From a virus: 64,000 nucleotides of DNA. The notes under the pieces were generated by a model that did not search any database, was not told the DNA's origin, and saw only the letters and a list, made by a program, of their open reading frames with translations. Below are positions 35,619-44,841 of this stretch, piece by piece. How positions within the stretch are numbered: position 1 is the first letter of the stretch; every line of letters begins with the position of its first letter. Both the position numbers and the translations under genes were made by a program. The stretch spans positions 3,601-67,600 of the IMG/VR virus record IMGVR_UViG_3300017963_000208. One strand, written 5' to 3'.

Positions 35619-35722
35619 TATTTTCTAGAATAGGGGAGGGCAGTAGAGTAGATGGCCTAGCTAACTCAGGTTAGTTAGTAGTGGTTTCATCCCATCGCTG
35701 TCCTCCTCTCTAGGAGAGTGGT

Positions 35723-35893
35723 ATGGCTAAGAAATGTATGAAGGGACAGAAAAAAGTCCGTAAGGTCATGAAGGAATATAAGAGCGGAAAGCTTCGTTCT
35801 GGTTCCAAAAAAGGACCTAAAGTTAAAAGTCGTAAACAAGCAGTTGCTATTGCTATGTCCGAGGCTGGATTGTCCAAGAAGAGGAAAAAGTAA
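35723..35893 (+). CDS. Small basic protein, DUF6496-like
   Basis: KVRKVMKEYKSGKLRSGS..KVKSRKQAVAIAMSEAG; 56 aa, below the ORF-track cutoff. Confidence 0.75.
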   Translation: MAKKCMKGQKKVRKVMKEYKSGKLRSGSKKGPKVKSRKQAVAIAMSEAGLSKKRKK

Positions 35894-36183
35894 TGGCAGC
35901 GAAGAAAAAGAGCAAATATGTTGGTTTTAGTAAACTAGTTAAAAAAATGGGTGCAAAAACCAAGAAAGCTCATAAGGATCGTCTTAAGGGTGGTTTAGCA
36001 GATAAAAGTAAACCATCAGATTTTTCTAAAAAACAGTTGGAAATGGGTATTAAAGTAGAGAGGGAACATACCAGCAATAAGAAGATTGCTAGAGAAATTG
36101 CTATGGATCACCTGAAGGAAGACCCTAAATATTATACCAAATTGAAAAAGATTGAAAAGAAAAAACCAAGGAGAAAGAAGTAA
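35893..36183 (+). CDS. Small basic protein, DUF5661-like
   Basis: QLEMGIKVEREHT...AREIAMDHLKEDPKYYTKL. Confidence 0.75.
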   Translation: MAAKKKSKYVGFSKLVKKMGAKTKKAHKDRLKGGLADKSKPSDFSKKQLEMGIKVEREHTSNKKIAREIAMDHLKEDPKYYTKLKKIEKKKPRRKK

Positions 36184-36311
36184 TGGCTTTCATTCGTAGG
36201 ACTCCTGAAGAAATGGAAAAACTCCATAAGGAGATGTCTCCTAAAAAGAAGAAAAAAGAAAAGAAAAAAAAGAAAGAGAAGAAAGAAAAAGTAGAGGAAA
36301 AAGAGGAGTAG
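36183..36311 (+). CDS. Very small Lys/Glu-rich protein (42 aa)
   Basis: MAFIRRTPEEMEKLHKEMSPKKKKKE...EE*; TAATG coupling. Confidence 0.5.
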   Translation: MAFIRRTPEEMEKLHKEMSPKKKKKEKKKKKEKKEKVEEKEE

Positions 36312-36318
36312 AATGTAA

Positions 36319-37005
36319 ATGGCTCGGTCATCTAGTGTAGACGCCGTAGAGAGATTCAGATTCAATGTATACGTCTTTAACGTAGGATTTGACCTCTCTA
36401 ATGTTGCTAAGAATTTTACTGGGTTTTTAAGAGCTGGTTTCTCTGAAGTTACTTTGCCTCGACAGAATACTCAGGCTATAGAGTACAGAGAAAATGTAGA
36501 TCAGGCTCATCCGCAACTTATACCCGGCTTAACTAGATACGAGCCAATCGTATTGAGGAGAGGAGTTACCTCTAGCTCAGACTTTTTTAGATGGGCAAAA
36601 GATACCCACAATCCTTCCGAAATCGTTTCCACAGGTATTCAGAGGCTCAGCGGTGATGCTTCTGCTGCCCCTCCCGCACAAACTGCCGATTTTCGTAGAG
36701 ACGTGTTGGTTGTCGTGTATGGGCGAGGTGGTGGAACACAAACGGAAGACCCCACAGGCATCAGTCAAAGAGTCGTGGGAGCTGCTGGAGCGGCTTCTGG
36801 ACTATCGGCTCTAGGGGATGTAAAGAAAGCGTGGCTTCTCAGGAACGCCTGGGTATCTTCATATAAACCTGGGGACGACTTATCTGCAACCGAAGATACA
36901 ACGAAGCTGGTAGAGGAAATAGAGCTTCGTTACGAGTCTTTCGAGGAAATCTCACTTGAGGCACTTACAAGTCAGGCCCTATCTCTTGGTACAGGTATTC
37001 TTTAA
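36319..37005 (+). CDS. Tail tube paralog 2 (gp19-like)
   Basis: MARSS.VDAVERFRF, AGFSEV, EYRE, I.LRRG, E.IELRYE. Confidence 0.82.
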   Translation: MARSSSVDAVERFRFNVYVFNVGFDLSNVAKNFTGFLRAGFSEVTLPRQNTQAIEYRENVDQAHPQLIPGLTRYEPIVLRRGVTSSSDFFRWAKDTHNPSEIVSTGIQRLSGDASAAPPAQTADFRRDVLVVVYGRGGGTQTEDPTGISQRVVGAAGAASGLSALGDVKKAWLLRNAWVSSYKPGDDLSATEDTTKLVEEIELRYESFEEISLEALTSQALSLGTGIL

Positions 37006-37547
37006 TGGCTAGAAGTAATAATGCAGATCCTTTAGATAGATTTAGATGGAAAGTATATATTGTAGCTCCTGCGGGAACACAGTTTTCTAGAGCTGGTTTT
37101 ACTACCTGTTCATCCCCTGGAATTACTATAGATTATAATGCTTATCCCGAAGGTGGAAGTCATATGGTTCCTAGATTGATCCATAATGGAGCCACTTTTA
37201 AACCTATTACCCTTACTAGAGGAGTCATTTCTCAAAAAGGGGTAGATGATTTCTCTAAATGGATGGAAGATGTATTTAAGGCCTTAAATCCTGAACCAGG
37301 CTCCGCCCCTGTTAAAAACTATCGTAGAGATATAGTGATTGAGCATTTAGACAGGGATGGAGATGTAGTGAAAAGGTATACTATGAGAAATTGTGTGCCT
37401 ACCGCCTACGAGCCTGCGTCCGATTTTAGTTCTATGGATGAGACAGCCCTCAGTATAGAAACCCTATCATTCAGCTATGAGGGGTTTGAGGAGCATACCG
37501 AAGGAGACTTAACTTCAGTTTTAGATAACCTAAGAGGCTTGTTCTAA
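37005..37547 (+). CDS. Tail tube paralog 3 (gp19-like)
   Basis: MARSNNADPLDRFRW, AGF..CS, Y.EGG, ITLTRG, IETL.F.YE. Confidence 0.82.
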   Translation: MARSNNADPLDRFRWKVYIVAPAGTQFSRAGFTTCSSPGITIDYNAYPEGGSHMVPRLIHNGATFKPITLTRGVISQKGVDDFSKWMEDVFKALNPEPGSAPVKNYRRDIVIEHLDRDGDVVKRYTMRNCVPTAYEPASDFSSMDETALSIETLSFSYEGFEEHTEGDLTSVLDNLRGLF

Positions 37548-37559
37548 TAAGGAGGAATT

Positions 37560-38300
37560 ATGCTTATTGAACTACCTTGCGGCATCGTAAAAGATGACGT
37601 AGTGTACGATCACGTACGAATCAAAGAGCTTACAGGAAAGCAACAAAACTACTTAATGGACTTTGATTTGGCAGGAGACACTCTCGGACACATCCCGAAA
37701 ATGGTAAAGGATCTCGCCGTAGAATACCAGACCAAGGATGGTCAGATGGCAGAAATAAAGCCTGAAGAGGCCCTTGACCTTCTGACTACAGATGATATTG
37801 AAGTTATTCTGGTAAAAATTCGAGAGGCAACTTTTGGTAAGATGTTGGCCATGCAGGTCACTTGTCCTATGTGTGGTAAACAGCAGACAGTCAGTTTGGA
37901 CTTGTCTAAGCTTAAAATCAAGAAGCTAAAAAACAAGAAAAAACGTACTGCTAAAATTACGCTAAAAAAATCTAAGAAACAAGTAGTAGTCAGAATGTTG
38001 GGATTACAGCAACTTTTTGACCTTAACAAAGCTATTAGGGAATCCAATAAAGAATTCTACACCACTACCGTAGCCTTGTCTATTCAAGAAATTGATGGAA
38101 AAGTGGATGTCGTGGCAGAAGATATTGAGGAAATCCCCCTGACTGATCTACAACAAGTGGATAAAGCCTTTGATAAGATTCGGGGTTCTATAGATAATAA
38201 AGTTCAGCATGACTGCGAGGCGTGTAAGTTTGAGTTTGAGACTCCGCTGCCCGTAGTCGAGCCAGCTTTTTTCGCCCCATCGCAGACCCTTTCAATATAA
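37560..38300 (+). CDS. Tail assembly chaperone / baseplate hub assembly protein (Zn-binding)
   Basis: Before tape measure; CPMCG...LDLS and CEAC motifs; ends just after slippery T TTT TTC. Confidence 0.75.
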   Translation: MLIELPCGIVKDDVVYDHVRIKELTGKQQNYLMDFDLAGDTLGHIPKMVKDLAVEYQTKDGQMAEIKPEEALDLLTTDDIEVILVKIREATFGKMLAMQVTCPMCGKQQTVSLDLSKLKIKKLKNKKKRTAKITLKKSKKQVVVRMLGLQQLFDLNKAIRESNKEFYTTTVALSIQEIDGKVDVVAEDIEEIPLTDLQQVDKAFDKIRGSIDNKVQHDCEACKFEFETPLPVVEPAFFAPSQTLSI

Positions 38301-38479
38301 TACCTACAGATTACATAGATCATCGATCTGATCTGTTAATGGATTACGGGTATTTAGGCGAAGCCTACAAATGGGGTCCGGACCAGGTTGATGGCCTTCC
38401 GTGGAGTTTTCGGAAGGAATTAATAGAAATTGATAAGACAGCAAGACAGGAAATAGCAAAGGATGGCAGGCGCTCATAG
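37560..38479 (+). CDS. Predicted -1 frameshift extension product of the tail chaperone
   Basis: T TTT TTC at 38267-38273; -1 frame open to TAG at 38477-38479, encoding ...DLLMDYGYLGEAYKWGPDQVDGLPWSFRKELIE... Confidence 0.7.
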
Positions 38480-40604
38480 TGTAAATATAGTCATTAGTGC
38501 TCACAACAGAGCTTCTAAACCTATAAAACAGGTTCGAAAGGACTTGAGTAGGTTCAGAACTGAGGTTGTACGCTTCAACCGAAATCTGTTTACGGCCAGT
38601 GCAATCATAGCCACTTTTGCCGCTGGATTCAGAAGGGCTTTTAACCTAGCGGGGGTGGGAGCCCAGTTTGAGTTTGTTCGGCAGCAATTCTTAAAGACTT
38701 TTGGGCCTCAGGACTATCTCCCTACTCTAAAGAAGGCCGCAAGAGGCACCATGGATTCTCTAACCATGATGCAATTGGCTGTTAAAAACTATGCTCGTGG
38801 GCTAAGTAAGTATGAAACAGAAAAGATATTTACTTTGTCCGTGGGAGCTGCAAAGATTTTGGGCACCAGTACTGCCAATGCTGCAAAACAAATGTCTTCT
38901 GCCTTTACCAACTTGAGTGTAAAAGGACTTCAAACATTTCTAGTTGCCTTAAACACCAACAACCAATTCTCCAACATGAACGTCCTTATCCAGAAGCTGA
39001 CTAAAGGACTTAACGCTGCAGGTCGGATGACCGAAAACTTTCGTAGGGTAGCTCTAGCCGAGCTATCTAAGGCTCTAATGCAGTTTGTGGATACAGGGGA
39101 TAACGCTCTCCAAGTATTTATGGCTGCCAAATCTAGTTTTCAAGATTTGCGTCAGGTCATAGGATCATTCCTAGGAAGAGCTATGGCTCCCCTGGCCAAA
39201 CAAGTAGCCATGTTGAACTTTGGTATCTTTGCCAAATTACTACCTATTTTAGATGGTGCAACCGACCACATGAAGAGTTTGCGAACAGGAGTTGTTGCTC
39301 TCGCACAGTCTATCGGCGGGTTGTTAACAATGGTTGGAGGTTTAGTAGGTGGTTGGTCTCTTTTACGTCTACTGTCTGCTACCTTGGGATTTAACTTAGC
39401 CCCATTAATCGGAATTATGGGCGTTCTAGGTGGAGCTTTTTGGGCTGCCAAAGATAAATCTAAAGGTTGGATGGAAACCCTGGCAGATATTGGGGCTGAA
39501 ATGAAGTTTTATTTCCAAGCCTTTGCCAGCTATAAAGACGGAATTTCTACCTTCTCCAGAGACGTAGCCATGAGAATTGGTGGAATGAGTGATAAGACCC
39601 AGGAAAGAATTTTAATGATTGCTAGAGCCTTAGTACACGTCAAACAAGCTCTAATGGGATTTTTTGATGGGGTAAAAGCGGTCTTTGGCCTTGTCGGGGC
39701 AATTGCGGCCAAGGTTGGAAGCGTTATAACAGGTATCGGTAAAGTCTTTGGCATGCATAAGCAGTTTTCCATAGAAACTGGGGCAGTAGTAAAGACAGGT
39801 GGTAAGCTTCTAGGGGTCGGAGCGGCTGCAGGTATTTTGGGAGGTATGGCTTTAGGCGGAGTAAACAAAGTCGCTAGATTGTTTGGCAGAGAAGGATTTG
39901 GAATAAAAGGAGGAAAGTTCTTTGACCGAATCTTTGGAAAGCGTGGAACAAGTGCTACCAAGCCTCTATATGTATTTGATGTTTCCGCAGCTCCGAAGGG
40001 CGTATTAGGTAAGTTTTTTGGAAAAGGTGCGGCAGCCGCAGGTGGAGCCGGGAGTCAGATGAGTTTATTCGGAGGAGCAGCGGCTGGCGGAATAATGGGC
40101 AAAATGGCTGCCTTCATGATGACTAGTGTGGGAGCTGCTTCTTGGACAGCTATTGCTGGAGTGGTTATTGCGGGTCTTTTGGCTGGTGGAATAATTGGAA
40201 TTCTGATAGATCACGTAATGTCCAAAATCACTGGAGAAAAGTCCTACTGGATGACAGGAGATGTCGGTCCTACTGGCAGTAGAGTCTCTTTGGAGGGAAT
40301 GACTCCTGAGCAAAGAAAAAGAATGCATGCTGGTATAGGCCAGGGAGAGGTAAGTATTGCTGGTCGAAAGGTAGACACCTCTGAACTTACTGAACAAACC
40401 AAGGAAAGATTTAGAAATCTAGTTTCTCAGGGAGGTATGGTTTCTACAGCTCAGTTGGAGCGGATATTGTCAGATATGAAGCTGACAAACGAGGAATTAC
40501 TAGAAGTCAATAAGATGATGGAGAGGGACTTGAGTAAAGAACCTTTTCAGTCTGTTAATGACAAACCCAATCAGTGGTCTAATTTTATGGGGCCTAAGAC
40601 TTAA
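38463..40604 (+). CDS. Tape measure protein
   Basis: 713 aa, A/G-rich helical with hydrophobic segments, after the chaperone. Confidence 0.85.
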   Translation: MAGAHSVNIVISAHNRASKPIKQVRKDLSRFRTEVVRFNRNLFTASAIIATFAAGFRRAFNLAGVGAQFEFVRQQFLKTFGPQDYLPTLKKAARGTMDSLTMMQLAVKNYARGLSKYETEKIFTLSVGAAKILGTSTANAAKQMSSAFTNLSVKGLQTFLVALNTNNQFSNMNVLIQKLTKGLNAAGRMTENFRRVALAELSKALMQFVDTGDNALQVFMAAKSSFQDLRQVIGSFLGRAMAPLAKQVAMLNFGIFAKLLPILDGATDHMKSLRTGVVALAQSIGGLLTMVGGLVGGWSLLRLLSATLGFNLAPLIGIMGVLGGAFWAAKDKSKGWMETLADIGAEMKFYFQAFASYKDGISTFSRDVAMRIGGMSDKTQERILMIARALVHVKQALMGFFDGVKAVFGLVGAIAAKVGSVITGIGKVFGMHKQFSIETGAVVKTGGKLLGVGAAAGILGGMALGGVNKVARLFGREGFGIKGGKFFDRIFGKRGTSATKPLYVFDVSAAPKGVLGKFFGKGAAAAGGAGSQMSLFGGAAAGGIMGKMAAFMMTSVGAASWTAIAGVVIAGLLAGGIIGILIDHVMSKITGEKSYWMTGDVGPTGSRVSLEGMTPEQRKRMHAGIGQGEVSIAGRKVDTSELTEQTKERFRNLVSQGGMVSTAQLERILSDMKLTNEELLEVNKMMERDLSKEPFQSVNDKPNQWSNFMGPKT

Positions 40605-40606
40605 TT

Positions 40607-41329
40607 ATGCGAAAATTTACCTCATACACTTCTAAGCCTTCCCTTCTAAAAGCCTTCCTAGTTCCAGTAGAGGCTAAGAATAATAGGATTCCTGTCAATC
40701 GTCAGGACCAAAATATCCTCGAATTGGGACAGTTTTATCTTAATCCAACTACTTGGAATGACAGTAAAGAAACCAAGTGGGTAAAACATATGGTTCCAGG
40801 TATGAGTGACCCTCATCAACAGTGGGTTGCTGGTGGTCCCAGAACTATTACGTTTGAGGCTCTAGTGACTCGGGATGTATCATCTAGTGAATCCAAGAAC
40901 AAAAAAGATAAAACTTCAGTAATTAATACCAGTAGAAAAAACTCAGTAGTTGCGGGTATTGCTTCAGCAGTACAGCAGATAGAAGGACTTACATCCTCAG
41001 AGGCTATCTTACAGCAGGGCGAGCGAGAAGGTTCCTTTTTGAACCTCGATATTACTGAAAAACTTAATTATTATCGTAGTTTACTTTATCCTAATGTGGT
41101 TTCTTCTGCGAATAGAGTTTCTAGTCCACCCAATCTGGTAAGACTTATAGTGGGAAGTACTTTGGGACAGAGAACCCAAACAGCCCGATTTGTAGTAGAC
41201 AAAATAGAAATTAGAGTAACCAAACAGTTTCCGGACCTTAGACCCATGGAAGCTGTGGTTGTGTTTACTCTCACCGAGTTTGTTGATAGACCTTTATCTT
41301 CTAAAAATGATATTCTTACGGACGTATAA
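40607..41329 (+). CDS. Tube-initiator / baseplate hub-proximal protein (CIS tube-like)
   Basis: FYLNPT.W, Q.V.GG.RTI.FE, PP..VRLI.G patterns; after tape measure. Confidence 0.7.
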   Translation: MRKFTSYTSKPSLLKAFLVPVEAKNNRIPVNRQDQNILELGQFYLNPTTWNDSKETKWVKHMVPGMSDPHQQWVAGGPRTITFEALVTRDVSSSESKNKKDKTSVINTSRKNSVVAGIASAVQQIEGLTSSEAILQQGEREGSFLNLDITEKLNYYRSLLYPNVVSSANRVSSPPNLVRLIVGSTLGQRTQTARFVVDKIEIRVTKQFPDLRPMEAVVVFTLTEFVDRPLSSKNDILTDV

Positions 41330-41646
41330 TGGCAAATTTTAGACCTGGCTCTAGATATACCAATGGAACCTTCACTCTGAATCCAGAAGATGAAGAATTC
41401 TTAATACTTAGAGAAAACCTAGAAATCCCGGAATCTAGCGAAGACATATTCTTTGTCGTAGAAGGCGAGCACATTTACCGTCCTGAAACCATAGCGGTTG
41501 AGGTCTATGACCGTCCTGAACTGTGGTGGGTAATTGCAGACATCAATAATATTAGAGAGCCTTTATTTGACCTAGAGGTAGGACAGGAACTTAGAATTCC
41601 TCCTTTGGCCGTTGTATTAGAAGCCTTAGATATTATCAATAAGTAA
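41329..41646 (+). CDS. LysM-like small baseplate protein (P2 gpX type)
   Basis: RPE.IA..VY..PELWWVIADINNI..P...L..GQELRIP. Confidence 0.85.
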   Translation: MANFRPGSRYTNGTFTLNPEDEEFLILRENLEIPESSEDIFFVVEGEHIYRPETIAVEVYDRPELWWVIADINNIREPLFDLEVGQELRIPPLAVVLEALDIINK

Positions 41647-41651
41647 GGATT

Positions 41652-43361
41652 ATGCTAGCTGATTTAAATGAAATGACAGCCCCTTATTTTGAGGTTAGAG
41701 TAGGTCCCCCCTACGCCACTAGCGACCAATTAGTGTTACTCCCTCCTTATCTTCACAAGCTCATTCATGTTTTTGAGTATAGGGAAGTAGTAGACGGAGG
41801 CAAGGAATCTGCTAGCCAAGTCCGTATTTTGGTATATGAAGATAAAAATCAATCTGGTTCAGTCTTAGATTTGACCTTTGATAATCAAGCTGGTGTTAAA
41901 TCCCTGACCAAAGAAGAGGTTAGACAGGGTAGGGTACTAGCAGACAAAATTAGAGAAGAAGAAGAAATTCTTGCAAATATCTCTCTTGCTGACCAAAAAA
42001 AGAAAGAGGCTCAGGCTAAGAGAGTGGTAGAGCTTCGTAAAGAGCAGGCAGAACTAGCTTCCCAAGCCAGATTTGTTTTCCAAGAGAGAAATACTATAGA
42101 AGTTACCTGGGGTTACAGAAATACCGGTAAGCACGTTGACCTTAGCCCCAGAACTGCTAGAGGTGAAATACTTCAGATTAGGCAAAGATTCTCTAATGCT
42201 GATATCCCCGTTACTGAGGTACTGGCTGTAGACCAGGGCTTAGGAGAAATGTCAAAGATTTATCCCCAGGAAGCTGTAAATTTTACTGTAGGTAAGGTTA
42301 GACAGCTCTTAAAGGATAAGGTCATTCCTAATAGTGCTCAACCGGGGTCTAGTATAGATGAGGACAAAAGAAAAGACACCGCTCCAGCACGAGTAGACCA
42401 CCTTTTACAAGCTATCACCTATGGTGGATTCTTAAAAAATATAGACCTACGTTTATATTTGACTCCCGAGGAATTGAATCTGGACATCCAAGATGAGCGG
42501 AGTGGCAGAGTTTGGGGACTAGGTACTAACCTACACGGATTTATTAGTGAACTTGCTGAAAAGTTATTTGCCCACTATTACATTACAACTGAGGGCAAAA
42601 ATAACACTACCGTCATAAACTTTGTTTCTAGACGTAAATTTGAATCAGAGGCAGCTTTCCACTTTATGTGGAAGGTGGGGCAAAGTGACCGAGGTATTGA
42701 GACCAAAGATAAACAGACTGTTTATAATACTGTCAAAAGTGTCGATTTGGCTCTTTATCCCAAGGGAGGTTCTGGAGCTAGTTCTTCCGGTATTTGTGGA
42801 ATAACTAAGAAGCCTACAGGTCACATTGCTGGAGCTTCAGTGATTTTCTCGCCCAGGCACGGTGAATTAAAGGAACTTAGAGAGCAGTTAAAAAGAGAGA
42901 ACAAGAAGATAAAAGCCCAGCAAATGCAGGCTTCTGACCCAAAGAATGCAGAAGTCAATAATTCTACAGGGCTATCTACTTATAAAGAAAACTGCGGGTC
43001 TAACGACCACGAAGCCTCTGTGGACAGACTAGCTGGTAGAATGGAGAGAAGCCTCAAACTGTCGTTTCAGACCATTGGAATACCACTTCTGACTCCAGGA
43101 ACAATTAAAATGTCCAATATAGGTCTCAGGTATTCTGGAATCTATTATATGCTCTCTGTACACCACAAAATCACTCCCCAAGAAGGATATATCTGTAACT
43201 GCGTGGGTGAATCTAACTCAGTCACCACCGGCGGCACTTCTGTTGAGGGTCCTCCGGTAAGAACAGATTTAGCGGGTAATGTTAAGCTTCAGCTTAGATC
43301 TGACCCTGGTGAAGTGCGTAAAGGTCTGCAACCATTATTCAAGAAAGCCACTAAAAAGTAA
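41652..43361 (+). CDS. Baseplate hub protein (gp27/gpD-like)
   Basis: Position; G.P.L.PG.IK...IG.RYSG.YY...V.H.I motif near the C-terminus. Confidence 0.75.
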   Translation: MLADLNEMTAPYFEVRVGPPYATSDQLVLLPPYLHKLIHVFEYREVVDGGKESASQVRILVYEDKNQSGSVLDLTFDNQAGVKSLTKEEVRQGRVLADKIREEEEILANISLADQKKKEAQAKRVVELRKEQAELASQARFVFQERNTIEVTWGYRNTGKHVDLSPRTARGEILQIRQRFSNADIPVTEVLAVDQGLGEMSKIYPQEAVNFTVGKVRQLLKDKVIPNSAQPGSSIDEDKRKDTAPARVDHLLQAITYGGFLKNIDLRLYLTPEELNLDIQDERSGRVWGLGTNLHGFISELAEKLFAHYYITTEGKNNTTVINFVSRRKFESEAAFHFMWKVGQSDRGIETKDKQTVYNTVKSVDLALYPKGGSGASSSGICGITKKPTGHIAGASVIFSPRHGELKELREQLKRENKKIKAQQMQASDPKNAEVNNSTGLSTYKENCGSNDHEASVDRLAGRMERSLKLSFQTIGIPLLTPGTIKMSNIGLRYSGIYYMLSVHHKITPQEGYICNCVGESNSVTTGGTSVEGPPVRTDLAGNVKLQLRSDPGEVRKGLQPLFKKATKK

Positions 43362-44218
43362 TGGCCATAAAGTTATTTGATTGGACAGGAGAAACTACTT
43401 ATCTGGGCAAATCCAAAGGCCTAGTAGTAGATAATAGAGACCCAGACCACAAAGGTAGGATTAGGGTTCAGAGTCCAGTTTTTGGTATAACTGGTTGGAT
43501 TCCTTATCTTTCTCCGGACGATGGGTTTTACTCAGTTCCAGACATAGGTAACGTGGTATATTTGGAGCCGGCTGGCGGAGACCTTAGATTTCCTATAGCA
43601 ACTGCTCTAATTCATGGTGGAGAAAAAGGCAGTAGAGATATTCCTCCTGACTTTCAGAGAGATATACCTACTAACAGAGGTTGGTTCTCTCCGGGAGAAT
43701 TGGGTAGTACTGGTAAACCCACTAGTTTGAATAGTGGCCATTCTCTGCAGTTTGATGATGGTTTAGCCGTACTGGACGATGGAAGTGTCACTCACAGTGC
43801 GGAATCTAGAGGGGTTCGTATGACCACTTCTGGAGGTCATGCTCTCCGTATGATGGAAGAGGCCTCAGATGGAAGTCAAGAAAATCGCGTAGATATTAAG
43901 ACCTCCAAGGGATTGACTATAGAACTCATTGACGACACAGATGGCTCTGATCCCAATAGAATACGTATTAAAAATAGTGCTGGCACCATCTTTATCGATA
44001 TTGATATGGAGAATGATATCATAGAGATAGACGCCAATAATGTGAAAATAGGTACCAATGCTGCGGAGGCTATTGTAAGAGGAGACACTTTTAGAACTCT
44101 CTTTAATAGTCACCGACATATATCGGGTGCTCCCGGAGTTCCTACAGACGTTCCTACTCAACAGATGGACCCATCCAGTTCTAATACTCATTTAAGCTCT
44201 AAACACAAGGTAGAATAA
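43361..44218 (+). CDS. Baseplate central spike (gp5/gpV/VgrG OB-fold)
   Basis: VVDNRDPD.KGRIRV, P.IG..V.LE..GGD..FP; C-terminal HRH. Confidence 0.88.
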   Translation: MAIKLFDWTGETTYLGKSKGLVVDNRDPDHKGRIRVQSPVFGITGWIPYLSPDDGFYSVPDIGNVVYLEPAGGDLRFPIATALIHGGEKGSRDIPPDFQRDIPTNRGWFSPGELGSTGKPTSLNSGHSLQFDDGLAVLDDGSVTHSAESRGVRMTTSGGHALRMMEEASDGSQENRVDIKTSKGLTIELIDDTDGSDPNRIRIKNSAGTIFIDIDMENDIIEIDANNVKIGTNAAEAIVRGDTFRTLFNSHRHISGAPGVPTDVPTQQMDPSSSNTHLSSKHKVE

Positions 44219-44220
44219 TT

Positions 44221-44442
44221 ATGGCTATGACCAAGAGTGATATGGCAGATTCCATTGAAGATGCTTTGACAGCAGCGGGTATACCTTTTAATATGAGTGC
44301 CACTACGGAAAGTGGTAAGAGTATGAGAGAAGTGTTGGAGGCTTTCTGTCAAGGACTTATTGATGGAATAGTAAATAAGGCTGAAATTACAACCACTTCT
44401 GGTGCTCCCGATAGTGAGCACACCGGGAATGTGACAGGATAA
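44221..44442 (+). CDS. Small baseplate-region protein
   Basis: Between spike and gp25-like gene. Confidence 0.6.
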   Translation: MAMTKSDMADSIEDALTAAGIPFNMSATTESGKSMREVLEAFCQGLIDGIVNKAEITTTSGAPDSEHTGNVTG

Positions 44443-44831
44443 TGGCTACTAAAAAGTATTTAGGAAAAGCTTTAAAATTTCCCATAGATACGAAATTCGT
44501 ACCTGAGGACGGAGTAGACCTAGTTTTACAGGATGTACAACTTTTGTTGCTAACTCGTCCCGGAGAGAGGGTAATGAGACCGACTTTTGGATGCGGTATA
44601 AATACCCGTCTTTTCGATAATTTAGATACAGTAGCTAGCGTAGGTGCGGTAGATATAGCAGAAGCCATACGGGAGTTCGAACCTAGAGTTAATCTCCTAG
44701 AGGTGGTTCCAGTTATAAATAGATCACAAGGTATTGTCTTGTTTAGAGTCAGAATGCTTATTAGAGACGCAAATGTAGAGACGAACCTAGTCTTTCCTTT
44801 TAAGCCTGCATCTGAACTAAGTAACAGATAA
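44442..44831 (+). CDS. Baseplate wedge protein, gp25/GPW-like
   Basis: LLLT.PGERVMRP.FG, EFEPRV. Confidence 0.92.
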   Translation: MATKKYLGKALKFPIDTKFVPEDGVDLVLQDVQLLLLTRPGERVMRPTFGCGINTRLFDNLDTVASVGAVDIAEAIREFEPRVNLLEVVPVINRSQGIVLFRVRMLIRDANVETNLVFPFKPASELSNR

Positions 44832-44841
44832 GGAATAAGAC

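Noticed and set aside
35637-35705. tRNA gene (Leu-CAG-like words, D- and T-loop-like segments)
   Set aside because: D-arm and anticodon stem compete for the same bases, the loop would be 6 nt, T-loop lacks C56 and there is no CCA; kept only as a structured element.
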